Made by a program: the position numbers and the translations under genes. Positions 37,272 to 48,775 of a stretch of DNA of 64,000 nt are shown piece by piece. Position 1 is the stretch's first letter, and every line of letters starts with the position of its first letter. Below the pieces are notes generated by a model. The model saw only the letters and a list, made by a program, of their open reading frames with translations. It had not been told where the DNA came from and ran no database searches. The stretch comes from Haliotis rufescens (lineage: Eukaryota): the NCBI RefSeq assembly GCF_023055435.1, contig NW_025963890.1:15810001-15874000 (forward strand), in the 5' to 3' direction.

Positions 37272-39365
37272 CTACTTTAAAGCCATTATTTCAACTTGGC
37301 TCACAGATCGAGATCGAGAATTTTGAGATTTCTCCTCCTGAACCTCATGCACGATCTTTTCGAACAAGTCGCAGTTGTCAGCATCTATATACTTCTTGAG
37401 TCTTAGAAAAGCGTTCAGATAGCCATTGGTGGCAGTGGTGACGTTGTCGAGCCTGGCGACAATCACACGGCCGCGACGCTGTTTGACCATGATATTGTAG
37501 GTCTCCGTGAACTCGAACATCTTGGAGGGATTGTCCACATAGCTACTAGACAGCACAATGACAGCTGCGCGGCTTCTCTGGAGCGTCTTGATAACTTCAT
37601 CAGTGATCACTGTCCCCGGGTCCATGTCCCGGAGCGGGAAGTACAGTCTGAGGTTGTGATTCTGCTCCAGTTCATTAAGCAGTTTCTTGGACCAGACTCG
37701 GTCAGACTCACTCTCTCCATCCACCGACACAAACAAATCGTACTCCGAGTCCTCATCGCTAGTTCGCTTCAGCTTTTTTGCACCCGTATGAAGAAGGTGC
37801 ATCAATTCATACCGAAACACCACAACAAGGGCCACCAAAAGCACAAATATGACTGCAAATGTTCCCAACAGGGCGCTGAATATCTTAGGAAAAGGACTGC
37901 GAATCTGACAGTTAAGTAACCTTTGGTCCGCTCGTACAAGCTGTACCGTATTGCCCGCTGGCATCAAGCAAGTGATGTCGGTGACGTTGTAGTTCCGAGG
38001 TTGGTATCTGAGCCACAGTGACATCCACGTGGAGGAACAGCTGCACACAAATGGGTTTCTGTTGATGTCTAGTTTAGAATAATGGATGTTCTGGATTTTT
38101 TTCGGTAAAAACTCAAGACGATTGTCCGATAGGCCCAGAAATGCAACCCCATTTTGCAAAAGGTCAATTGCTGAAGGTGCAATAATTTTAATATTATTTC
38201 TAGATACGTCAAGATATTTTGTTCTTTGCAAATAACCTACTGCTTCCAAGAAGGTAATGGAATTATCGCCAAAAAGCAGTTTTAAATTACCGTCGGGAAC
38301 CATGGACGGTAAACGTGTCAAGTTTCTACCACGGCAGTCAACCAACATCTGTTTTTTTGCTGGCTGATCCTGACATAAACATTCTTGAGGACATTTGTCC
38401 GTGACATTACACACAAACGCATCCAGTGGCAGACGTAGCACTTGCTTTCCTTTCAGATGAGCTGGACTGTCGCAGAGAATATTTAAGTAGTTCCTCCATA
38501 TTACCGTATATAAATTCGATGACAGGTGGAGAAATTCATGAAAATTGCAATCACAGATCCACTTATTATATCTGAAGTCAAACCCCCAATTATTAAATGT
38601 CCCACCAATTTTCCGATCACGAATTCCATAGATCTCCAATTCCTCTAAAACCCATGTCGTAAACAAATTGTGAGAAAAGCCTACCATACCGGGTCCATAG
38701 TGTTTGGATTCATCCACTAACCAGTTTTCTTCGTTTGAAAAATGGGATATGTTATTGTGACTAAGGCCGAAAACACAGAATTCATGGGTAATCCTTATCG
38801 GCCAGGCCTCAGACGCTGTCAGCTCGTTGTAGTCAAGATGAACCCTCATCAATCCATGTAAGTCTTCACTGAACACTCCTGGCTCAATAGTATGTATTTT
38901 GTTATAAGCAAGGTTGATGTATCTCAACCTTTCCAAACCAACGAACACACCCGTCTCAACAGATTTAACTTCCTGGTTGACAAGTACCAGAGCTATCAAA
39001 TTCTTCAGACAGCTAAGGCTGGGAATTGTTTCGATTTTACCGGTCACCGCACGTATGCTTGCAATGTTGGGATAATCACATATATCCTCAGGGAGACGTG
39101 TGATGCACAGGTTTGAGAAGAAGAGTCGGAATGGGGATGTTTTGTTGGTGCCGGGTGGTAGGAGAAGGGTGACGTTGTCAGGCTGACTGCAGTCGTAATT
39201 CAAGATGAGGTTCGGCAATCTGTCCTCTGTCATGTTAGTGCAACACATCATGTCATCTACAGAACACTGAAGGACGTCCTCCACGGTGACACTGGTTCCG
39301 ACAGACACACTGATCAAGACAATCGCGATGAGGAAAACCAAACGTAGTGACAGAGAAAACAGCAT
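37272..39365 (-). CDS. Toll-like receptor copy 5, 697 aa
   Basis: Intact ORF with a 1-codon insertion (DDMMCC) and a TAA>TTA stop change adding C-terminal LK. Confidence 0.95.
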   Translation of the reverse strand: MLFSLSLRLVFLIAIVLISVSVGTSVTVEDVLQCSVDDMMCCTNMTEDRLPNLILNYDCSQPDNVTLLLPPGTNKTSPFRLFFSNLCITRLPEDICDYPNIASIRAVTGKIETIPSLSCLKNLIALVLVNQEVKSVETGVFVGLERLRYINLAYNKIHTIEPGVFSEDLHGLMRVHLDYNELTASEAWPIRITHEFCVFGLSHNNISHFSNEENWLVDESKHYGPGMVGFSHNLFTTWVLEELEIYGIRDRKIGGTFNNWGFDFRYNKWICDCNFHEFLHLSSNLYTVIWRNYLNILCDSPAHLKGKQVLRLPLDAFVCNVTDKCPQECLCQDQPAKKQMLVDCRGRNLTRLPSMVPDGNLKLLFGDNSITFLEAVGYLQRTKYLDVSRNNIKIIAPSAIDLLQNGVAFLGLSDNRLEFLPKKIQNIHYSKLDINRNPFVCSCSSTWMSLWLRYQPRNYNVTDITCLMPAGNTVQLVRADQRLLNCQIRSPFPKIFSALLGTFAVIFVLLVALVVVFRYELMHLLHTGAKKLKRTSDEDSEYDLFVSVDGESESDRVWSKKLLNELEQNHNLRLYFPLRDMDPGTVITDEVIKTLQRSRAAVIVLSSSYVDNPSKMFEFTETYNIMVKQRRGRVIVARLDNVTTATNGYLNAFLRLKKYIDADNCDLFEKIVHEVQEEKSQNSRSRSVSQVEIMALK

Positions 39366-39915
39366 TATTTGTGTCTTCCAAAATTGTCTGTTAAGAGATG
39401 GACACTCGTTTGTGTGTCTTTCAAATCTATCTGCTGAAAGACGAACACGAGTTTCTTTCAAACCTGTGTCGTCTGCTCGAAGATACTGACATTGATCAAG
39501 GCCAACTCGACTCCAATAATACTGCCGTCTGCTAAAAGTGGCGCTGAATTAACATTCGACTCACCTCGCAAGACAAACACTCTGAATCGCCCACTTCCTG
39601 ATTTTTATATTTTAACTCCACGAGTCTGTGTCAGAGCATTTCAGTGCGTATGCTCAGCGTTCATTGGCTGAGAGTAGTAATGTAGAAGTTCAAAGGTCAA
39701 AAGTCGCACCTCACTGCGCACATAAACAGGACAATATTTCCAACAGCAGTGAGGCAGTCTACGGTTGGCGTTCAGAAACGTGATCACATGCTGATTATGT
39801 CATTGTGTCACGTGTATTCTTACCAACAGCTGTTTGTGTCGCGATCGATAGCGATCGATAGTCCTGTTTATTGCATTCAGCAACAGTTCTACATACCTGT
39901 CAACTCTCACGCATC

Positions 39916-40473
39916 CCCATTTCTGGTGTCCCCCGACGTGATATTGCTGGAATATGGCTGAAAGCGGTGTCAAGTCCAACTCACTCACACACATGGGTGC
40001 AATGTGTGAAGCCCATTTCTGGTGTCCCCCGACGTGATATTGCTGGAATGTGGCTGAAAGCGGTGTCAAGTCCAACTCACTCACACACATGGGTGCAATG
40101 TGTGAAGCCCATTTCTGGTGTCCCCCGACGTGATATTGCTGGAATATATCTGAAAGCGGTGTCAAGTCCAACTCACTCACACACATGGGTGCAATGTGTG
40201 AAGCCCATTTCTGGTGTCCCCCGACGTGATATTGCTGGAATATATCTGAAAGCGGTGTCAAGTCCAACTCACTCACACACATGGGTGCAATGTGTGAAGC
40301 CCATTTCTGGTGTCCCCCGACGTGATATTGCTGGAATATGGCTGAAAGCGGTGTCAAGTCCAACTCACTCACACACATGGGTGCAATGTGTGAAGCCCAT
40401 TTCTGGTGTCCCCCGACGTGATAATGCTGGAATATTGCTGAAAGCGGTGTCAAGTCCAAGTCACTCACACACA
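39916..40473 (+). repeat. 96-bp tandem repeat (~6 units) derived from the 3' half of SINE family C
   Basis: Unit starts 39916, 40012, 40108, 40204, 40300, 40396. The unit matches the SINE body and tail at 46390-46482. Confidence 0.92.
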
Positions 40474-40532
40474 CTCCTTAGGAGGCATTGACTGAATGTT
40501 GTTGTGCCACTTCCATGTAACCAGGGTATATA

Positions 40533-40760
40533 CACTGTCGGACAAAAGAAAGTATACACTTGAAAATTGGATGTGACCAAAACATTACAAACGTTATCAG
40601 GCTGAAGGCATTCACCGAAACCCTACAAAGTTACCGCCCCAAACACAACTACGATACCCGTATTAAATACATCACCATCCAATAACCATTTCTTGTTTGT
40701 TTCATTTTAAACCAAACAAACTCATCAAACATGTGTGTATACTTTCTTTTCCCCGCAGTT
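40533..40760. mobile_element. Tc1/mariner-type MITE
   Basis: TIRs CACTGTCGGACAAAAGAAAGTATACAC / GTGTATACTTTCTTTTCCCCGCAGTT, flanked by TA on both sides. Confidence 0.7.
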
Positions 40761-42043
40761 TATATAAGATGATAAACTCCCTGCTGAAACTCAACCTAAA
40801 CCTCGTTGTTTGTCATCAACTAAAAAGGATGGAGGTTATATCATAAAAATAATAACACAAATAATATCATAAGACGGGGATCTACAGCAAAAGAATATAT
40901 TTCTGCAGCCTTAATCAAATTATTTGTGCATTTGATTTTTCTTTTACTGACATCAGATTACAAAGGGAAATTCCATTTTAACTAAAATTTAACACTTGTG
41001 TTAAAAGAATAGTTAAAAACTATTAATATTAACAGCTCTTACACGCATAACGCCAGTGAAAATCCCCAATATTACTTTTAGATTTCAAGTTTTAAGGGCA
41101 GTACCTTATTAGACAGCTTTATGTGACTTTACAACTACTTTTTACAGTCATAGGTTTTGGTACAGTAGGTAATTTAGTAACACATTTTGTACAGCACCCT
41201 GTCAATGATAAAATAGGTACCAAAATAAAATCAAAAGTTTTAGGTTGGTTGGTTGGTTGATTAACGCCGCACACAGCAATATTCCAAGCTATATGACGGC
41301 GGTCTGTAAATAATCAAGTCTGGACCAGACAATACAGTGATAAATATCAAGAGCATCGATCCACGCAATTGGGACAAAAGTTTTAGGAAAAAGATTAAGA
41401 AAAAGAACATTTGCGGAAAGTGTAAATGTGTAGGAAAAAACATACGAGAAAGTTAAATATATACCATTTGATACAACGTGTGAATCAGATCAAGCCTTCT
41501 GTGAAATCAGAACATATCCCATCAAGAATCCTTCGCGAGTTTACATTGGACCAGTCTTAGGCGCCTCGGGCCACTGTGCAGAGTTGCGTCCCTTAGGCAT
41601 GCCAGCATCCTATGACCGTGGGTTTGAATGCTGGATTCGCCCTAATTATATTTCTAGGTTTGTCAGCGTGGACAAAACAACATAACCCTGTTTGGAATCC
41701 TAAATCCATTCCAGAATAAGGTGGGTTGACCCTAATCGAACACTTGTTTATATGGGGCACCAGCGTGTCTTCCCAGATGTGGCAGCTGCTTATGAACTAC
41801 ATGTTTGATCACCATGCCTTAGTCCAGAACATCGCCATAAACTAGCAGACCAAATGAGCAAATGAAAACACAACCAAAATTTGTAACAAATAACGTGTTT
41901 TATTACCAAAAAGAAAACAATAAAACAAATAAAGGTAAAATTTATGTATTTCCCAAATATTGTAACAAATGCCTCAACAGTCTTAAAATGATTCATAAAT
42001 GTTTTGTATATAAGTATATACATATGTGTTCAGAGTTCACTGC

Positions 42044-43813
42044 CTAATCATCCTTCTTCTTAAACACACTCTTGACTCTTCTGAAGAAGTTGGCCACCCT
42101 GGATAGCAAGGCCTTCAGGAAGGAGTGGGTTGGCTGGATGATCTCCTCGTCCACGAGATCTACTTCAACAAAGTCAGTGTCGTCCACGATGTACTGACCA
42201 GCGATAGTGAGGGACACAGAAGGGACAGTGCTGGGGCGAAGGGTCTGTGGGACGGGCAGGTGAGACAAGTGGGCAGGGATGGTCAGGGACTTTGAAGTAG
42301 GTTGCTATAGATAGGGAGGTAGTGGAAAGAATGGAATGTGAGGAAAGAATATTACTAGAAAAAGTTATTCAATCTTTGAATTTTATTGTAGCAAATAAAA
42401 CATCATGGTGGTAAAGACAGAAAAGGTGTGAAAAAAGAAACAAGGTAAATAAAGATGATATATATTATATAGTAAAAACTGAAAGGTAGATGATGCCAAG
42501 GGAAGGTAGATTGTTTGTTTGCTTGCTGTTTGATGCCTCACTCAGCAATATTCCAGCTATATAATGGCGGTCTGTAAATAATCGAGTCGACCAGACAATT
42601 CAGTGATTGACATCATGAGCATTGATCGTAAAGATGATGACATGAAGGATATTCTTGGAAATACAAATGTGACAAACTTTACAGAATTACTGAAGTCTTT
42701 GAACCAAAGTACTCTCAACATTCATAATAGGACTTTATTAATTGCAAACTGTTGGTTTCTAAGGTAGGAAAACAGTATAAACATTCAGTTACAGCTTTAT
42801 GAAAACAGGGACCAGTACACAGAGGTGTTCAACATATCGGTCGAAACTCATGGAAGTGCTAAACAGGCGTTGTTAAAGACAACCCTTTATGACACCTACA
42901 TGGCAAGGGGCAGGATAAGTCAGTTGGGACAGAGGCTCGAGGAACCAGATCATCCGATCAACTGTGGGGAAATAGAAGAATAAACATACAGGGTATTAAA
43001 AGCCAAGAATGTATGTTGCTGGACCCTAACCTTTGGCTGGTGACTAGTAAATAATATATCATTTTGCAGTTTATAAATTATTTGTGCTGACAGATAGGTG
43101 GTATATCGCTAAGCTTTTAGGGGTTCCCCTTTTCCAAAATGTTCCAGTTTTATGTTGGATAAAGGGTTATGGTAATAACCAAGGGCAGCTGGCCTAGACA
43201 CTGCAAAGTATATCTCCCTGTTACTTTATAACTTGAAAACTTCAGACAAAATATGGGATAATAAGTTACAGTTTACCTTTCACTGCTAAACTAATTCTAT
43301 TTGATAAAATACAAGGGATTCAGCCTAACCATACAATATTGATTTGAGCTCAGACTGCTGTGTCAGTTGAGAGTTTATAAGAAATCATGGGCAGATCCAG
43401 GTTTATAAAAAAGGGATGGGGGGCAGGGGTGTGTTCCACTCAAGTACGGGCACTTCTCACCCAAAACACTTCCCCAAGACTCACAAACACTTCATGTAAA
43501 CCACTGATAATAAATTAACGGAATTCATTTTACAACCAAATCAACATGTTACCATGGTAGGAAAGGCGCATAAAGAATGTCAATGAGATGTAAAAAAACC
43601 CAGAGAACCCACATTTTCAAATAATGTTTACAAGTTCAAAGTACACATGGGCCCTGCATTGAACATCTAAGCCCCTAAAGCATGCAGTGTTTGAAGATCA
43701 GTACAGGAGCCATGATACACTATGCCTCATCACACTAAAATACCAACGTGTAGGTACGGAATCTACTGAAGCGTAATTAGAATTGTACCTTGAACATACG
43801 TGCTCGCATTCAT
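42044..43813 (-). CDS. Uncharacterised 115-aa protein, three coding exons, copy A
   Basis: Exons 43813-43789 (gtcaccATG...CAAG|gtacaa), 42961-42900 (ttccccacag|...|gtaggt) and 42304-42044 (polypyrimidine-tag|...TAG) join in frame (phases 1, 0). AATAAA at 41899-41904. Confidence 0.8.
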
Positions 43814-44340
43814 GGTGACAGGTTCAGGAATTGCAATAAAGGATAGGAAAATAACGCTTTCAGGACAGCAAAGTGCAGATGTAGCATCAAAATGGCGTCG
43901 ATGTAACATCAAAGTGAGAACTGTCGTCAAGGAAGACATGAAGTCTCGTAAAATCACGCGATATTACAAAATAAAGTTAACCTGGCTCCCGACTTCATTT
44001 GCGCTTGCACTGGGGTGTAAGAGACGGAGCTCGGCTGTATTTACAGGAGAGAAGTTAAGTCGCGCCATCATATAAATGGAGCAAAATTAATTATGAGCTG
44101 AATTAATTCCTTCAGTCACGATTCTGGGTGTTACTAGTTACTATTCAACCGGCAGCTTATAAGGGTCCGTCAAATTTAAGGTACGACAGTGACTATAATC
44201 ATACTGTGACTATTTTCACAACCAGCAATATGAAGGGTGCTAGGGATTTATTCTGACCGGGACCTCACGGGGACTGGTATATCGAGATGACAGGTACCAT
44301 CAGCCGACCCTGCATGGTTGGTACACTAGTTTCAGGTCAT

Positions 44341-44505
44341 GAGTGAGTGAGTATGGTTTTACACCACTTTTAGCAATATTCCAGCAATATCACGGCGGGG
44401 GACAACAGAAATGGGCTTCACACATTGTGCCAATGTTGGGTATCGACCCCGGGTCTTCAACGTGACGAGCCAACGCTTTAACCACTAGGCTACCCGACCG
44501 CCCCC
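44341..44505 (-). mobile_element. tRNA-derived SINE family C with (ACTC)n tail
   Basis: A box TAGCCTAGTGG, B-box-like GGGTCGATACCC, body TGTGTGAAGCCCATTTCTG. Other copies ~46324-46482 (+), 51074-51238 (-), 53034-53190 (+), 57426-57588 (-), 59144-59312 (-). Confidence 0.85.
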
Positions 44506-44783
44506 TCAGGTAACGATCAGGTCATGACCAGGGGCATGTTCAACAATACTTGTCTAATGGAGTACACTGACTTGCTTGAACAGGATTGACATGACCTTAC
44601 CCGAACAAAGCTCTTAAAACATTAAGTAGAAGACAGCTTTCATATTAGCTTATTCCATTAAAGAAAAGATATTACATGGGAAAAAATATCATGATATGAA
44701 TATTTCAGTTTAAGAAATATAAATTAATGTTGAAGCTTCGTTAAAAATTCAAAACTGGTAATCAATGATCGATAAGTAATTAG

Positions 44784-45920
44784 AACAAGAGGCCCATAGG
44801 GCCTGTATCGCTCTCCTGGATATTGACGCAATCATGACAAAATATACATTTGCATTGTACATGTATATAATACTCCAAATACTTCGTAATTTTGATTCTG
44901 TCAGCATTCAATATGGGTGGATGGCAAATCTGACAGCATGAACGTGTATTTATCTAGATACAAATGTGGCATAAAGATCTGAACCGTTTCCATGTTATGA
45001 TCCAGGATAAATCATATTAAAAGTATTATTCTCTTCATAACAAACAAATGTATACAATGTATCTGTTTATTATAGGGTGGGGATAATATCGGGTTGCAAG
45101 TTAAGGTCAAGATTCTAACTCCTTTGGGAGTGCCGGACAGATGAACTGAAGGGCCAGTCCTTGTAGCATATGTGCATTCCTCTCATTATACTCTCAATTG
45201 TACATATGGTATACGGTGGGGATCTTAACTGTGTCCAAGTTATAAACTCTTTTTAGCCCCGGCCCTTAGTTTCCGGGGGTAGGGGTAGGGTTAAGCCCCT
45301 CCATTTCTCCAATTTGAATCCCCACCATTGGAGAATGCTTCCATCCAAATATGGTTGATAACTATCTCTTAGTTCCAGAGAGGAAGTGGTCTGAAGCAAT
45401 ATAGCCAATATTTCGCCCCACCCCTCAGCCTCTTGGGGGGTGATCAGCCCTTCCTTTTGTACAATTTTGAATTCTCACCACCCGAGAATGCTTCCAACAA
45501 TATATGGTTGATATCTATCTCTCAGTTCAAGAGAAGAAGTCGTTGAAAACAATAACGCCTATTTGACCACGCCCATAAGCCACTTAGGGGGTGATCAGCC
45601 CCTCCATTTGTACAATTTTGAATTCTCACCTGCCGAGAATGCTTCCAAACCAACTATGGTTGATATCTATCTCTTAGTTCCAGAGAAGAAGTCGTTTAAA
45701 GCAATAAAGCCAAATTACCCCTATTTAGCCCCGCCCCTCAGCAGTTTTGGGGGGTCGGCCCAACCATTTGTACAATTTTGAATACCCACCACCTAGGGAT
45801 GCTTCCAGTCTAATTTTGTTAATTTCCAACAAGTGGTTTAGAAGAAGTCGTTTGAATAAATTGTTGACGAATGATATGATAGACGGACGACGGACGCCAC
45901 GGTATGGTATAAGCTCACCT
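44784..45920 (+). mobile_element. Non-autonomous Helentron-associated (HINE/pearl-like) element with internal tandem subrepeats
   Basis: 5' AACAAGAGGCCCATAGGGCCTGTATCGCTCTCCT with a short palindrome; ~4 internal repeats of ~150-170 bp; (GACG)n microsatellite; subterminal GCTCACCT. Matches the layout of molluscan HINEs as I recall it. Confidence 0.6.
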
Positions 45921-47157
45921 TGGTCGGGTTGTCGACTGGTCGGCTCGGAGTAAGTAAAACCGTGTCTGAATGGGGTGTCAATGTTAAACTGCGGCATGTT
46001 ATCTCAGTGGACTAGCACTGTAAAACCGGCTAGTTCAAGCAGCCACGCACGCACGCACACACGTGCATGAACGTCGCCGTATGCTCGACGTTAAACCCAT
46101 TTCACCTCATCTCACCTTACCTCGCCAAGGTGATATCCATGTTGAAATGTATGGATGAAATATGATAGGCGTTGCATCATAACCGTTTAGCCGAGTCCTT
46201 GCATCTATACCAATCAATGTCATGATGTTATGACAAAATGTTGCCAAGCCTCCAAATATTATTGTCCACACTGAAACATGAACCCAGCCAGACCGCCAGA
46301 GATGGATACTCTCCTTCTCAACAGGGGGCGGTGGGTAGCCTATTGGGTTAAAGGGTTAGCTCACGCCGAAGACCAAGGTTCAATTGCCTACATGAGTACA
46401 TGTGTGAAGCGCAATTCTGGTGTCCCCCGCACTGATATTCGTGGAATATTGCTGAAAACGGCGTAACACCGTACTCACTCATTCGTTTTAAATTCATTTT
46501 AAATGTTTGATTTGTATCCTGGACCTATCAGGTGTAGCCTGGTTGTCCAAGATGAAACATATTGCAACTGTACCAAAATGTAGACCATTTACTCAACAAG
46601 AAATGTTGCAACCAGAGGATTTATTCATCTTCGTCACTCTGTTCATGGTACAGTGCGTGCGTGCGTGCGTGCGTGTAACAATTGTTTGGAACCTTGGAAA
46701 TACAATGCTGTGGGGCCATGACATTAATCCAGTGTCGGAAAGAACTCGACAAAATGATTTGTGGTACAACGTCTGCCACACTCCATGCATTAATTTCCCA
46801 TGGTGGTCAGAAGGTATGTATTGTTCGTGGTACAACTTTCTACTTAATGATTTGATTATTACCAAACATTTTGCAAGTAATATATTTCCTAAATATTGTT
46901 ACAAATGCGTCAAGAGTCCTAAAGGAGGCCTCACTAATTCATGAGTTTCACATATTTATTATCCTAAAAACACTTGTGTGAAGATTAAGTGATGTACATG
47001 TAAACTGCTCAGTATGTGAGTGGATGTGACGTTTGGAATGTTAATTTCTTTCCAGAATTAAATAGGTTAAACACCTGTTCAGATGGTGCACCTGCGTGCC
47101 GTCCCAGATGTAGCAGCTGTTTATGGACTACATGTGTAATCACCATGCGTTAGTCTA

Positions 47158-47420
47158 GAGTGAGTGAGTGAGTGAGTGAGTTGGGTTTAACGCCGCTTTA
47201 AACAGTATTCCAGTTATATCACGGCGTGTGAGCTTAATGTGGGAGGAAAGCCCGAAGTGATGCAGGTCTGAGACGTTTACCACTTCGGTGAAACCCACGA
47301 GCACAGGTATGGTGCTGACAAACCTAGAAACATAATCGGGGCGAACCGGGATTCGAACAAACAATCATAGATTTCTGGCGTGCCCAAGGGGCGCAACTCT
47401 GCGCATCGAATCGCGGCGCC
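47158..47420 (-). mobile_element. SINE family D (B box GTTCGAATCCC), sharing the 3' tail of families A and C
   Basis: Related segments at ~41560-41670, 60825-60910 and 61975-62168; (ACTC)n tail. Confidence 0.6.
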
Positions 47421-48775
47421 TTAGTAGACGACTGTGCCACCCGTGCCCTCCGGCAGTTTATATAAGATTATAAACTCCCTGCTGAAACTCAACCTAAACC
47501 TTGTCGTTTGTAATCAGCTAAAAAGGGGTGGAGGTGTTATCATAAAAATAATAACACAAATAAAATCATAAGACGGGGATTTACAGCAAAAGAATATATT
47601 TCTGCAGCCTTAAACAAATTATTTGTGCATTTGATTTTTCTTTTACTGACATCAGATTACCAAATGAAATTCTATTTTAACTACATATTAACACTTGTGT
47701 TAAAGAATAATAAAAAACTTAGATATTTATATCTTGGCAAATAATTTTAATATTAACTGCTCTATAACTTACTAGCGTAACGCCAGTGAAAAGGCACAAT
47801 ATTACTTTTAGATTTCAAGTTTTAAGGGCAGAACCTTATTAGACAGCTTTATGTGACTTTACAAATACTTTTTACAGCCATAGGTTTTGGTACAGTAGGT
47901 AATTTAGGCACACATTTTATACAGCACCCTGTCAATGATAAAATAAGTACCAAAATAAAATCAAAAGTGTTAGTTTGGTTAGTTGGTTGGTTTGTTGTTT
48001 CACGCCGCACTCAGCAATATTCCAAGCTATATGACGGCGATCTGTAAATAATCAAGTCTGGACCAGACAATACAGTGATTAATATCATGAGCATCGATCC
48101 ACGCAATTGGGACAAAAGTTTTAGGAAGAAGATAAAGAACTTTTGCGGAAAGTGTAAATGTGTAGAAAAAACATATGAGAAAGTTAAATATATACCATTT
48201 GATACAACGTGTGAATCAGATCAAGCCTTCTGTGAAATCAGAACATATCCCATCAAGAATCCTTAGCGAGTTTACATTGGACCAGTCTTAGGCGCCTCAG
48301 GTCACTGTGCAGAGTTGTATCCCTTAGGCATGCCAGCATCCTATGACCGTGGGTTTGAATGCTGGATTCGCCCTAATTATATTTCTAGGTTTGTCAGCGT
48401 GGACAAAACAACACAACCCTGTTTGGAATCCTAATTCCATTCCAGAATAAGGTGGGTTGACCCTAATCGAACACTTGTTTATATGGGGCACCAGCGTGTC
48501 TTCCCAGATGTGGCAGCTGCTTATGAACTACATGTTTGATCACCATGCCTTAGTCCAGAACATCGCCATAAACTAGCAGACCAAATGAGCAAATGAAAAC
48601 ACAACCATAATTTGTAACAAATAACGTGTTTTATTACCAAAAAGAAAACAATAAAACAAATAAAGGTAAAATTTATGTATTTCCCAAATATTGTAACAAA
48701 TGCCTCAATAGTCCCAAAAATGATTCATAAATGTTTTGTATATAAGTATATACATATGTGTTCAGAGTTCACTGC

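Larger units (their letters stand above)
1..39915. repeat. Tandem segmental array of ~7.5-9 kb units, each carrying one TLR gene; open at the left window edge
   Basis: TLR ORF 5' ends at 6173, 14650, 22220, 30502 and 39461, with the same intergenic ORFs and repeats recurring. Base 1 matches base 7513, so the window starts mid-unit. Homology ends at ~39915. Confidence 0.97.

Noticed and set aside
39800-40491. 224-aa and 206-aa repetitive ORFs
   Set aside because: They arise from a 96-bp (multiple of 3) SINE-derived tandem repeat that is open on both strands.
43800-44075. 91-aa plus-strand ORF (also 50533-50808)
   Set aside because: Non-ATG start, antisense to exon 1 of the 115-aa gene, and not preserved in copy C.
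44341-44505. tRNA gene
   Set aside because: The A and B boxes belong to a SINE head followed by a body and simple-repeat tail.
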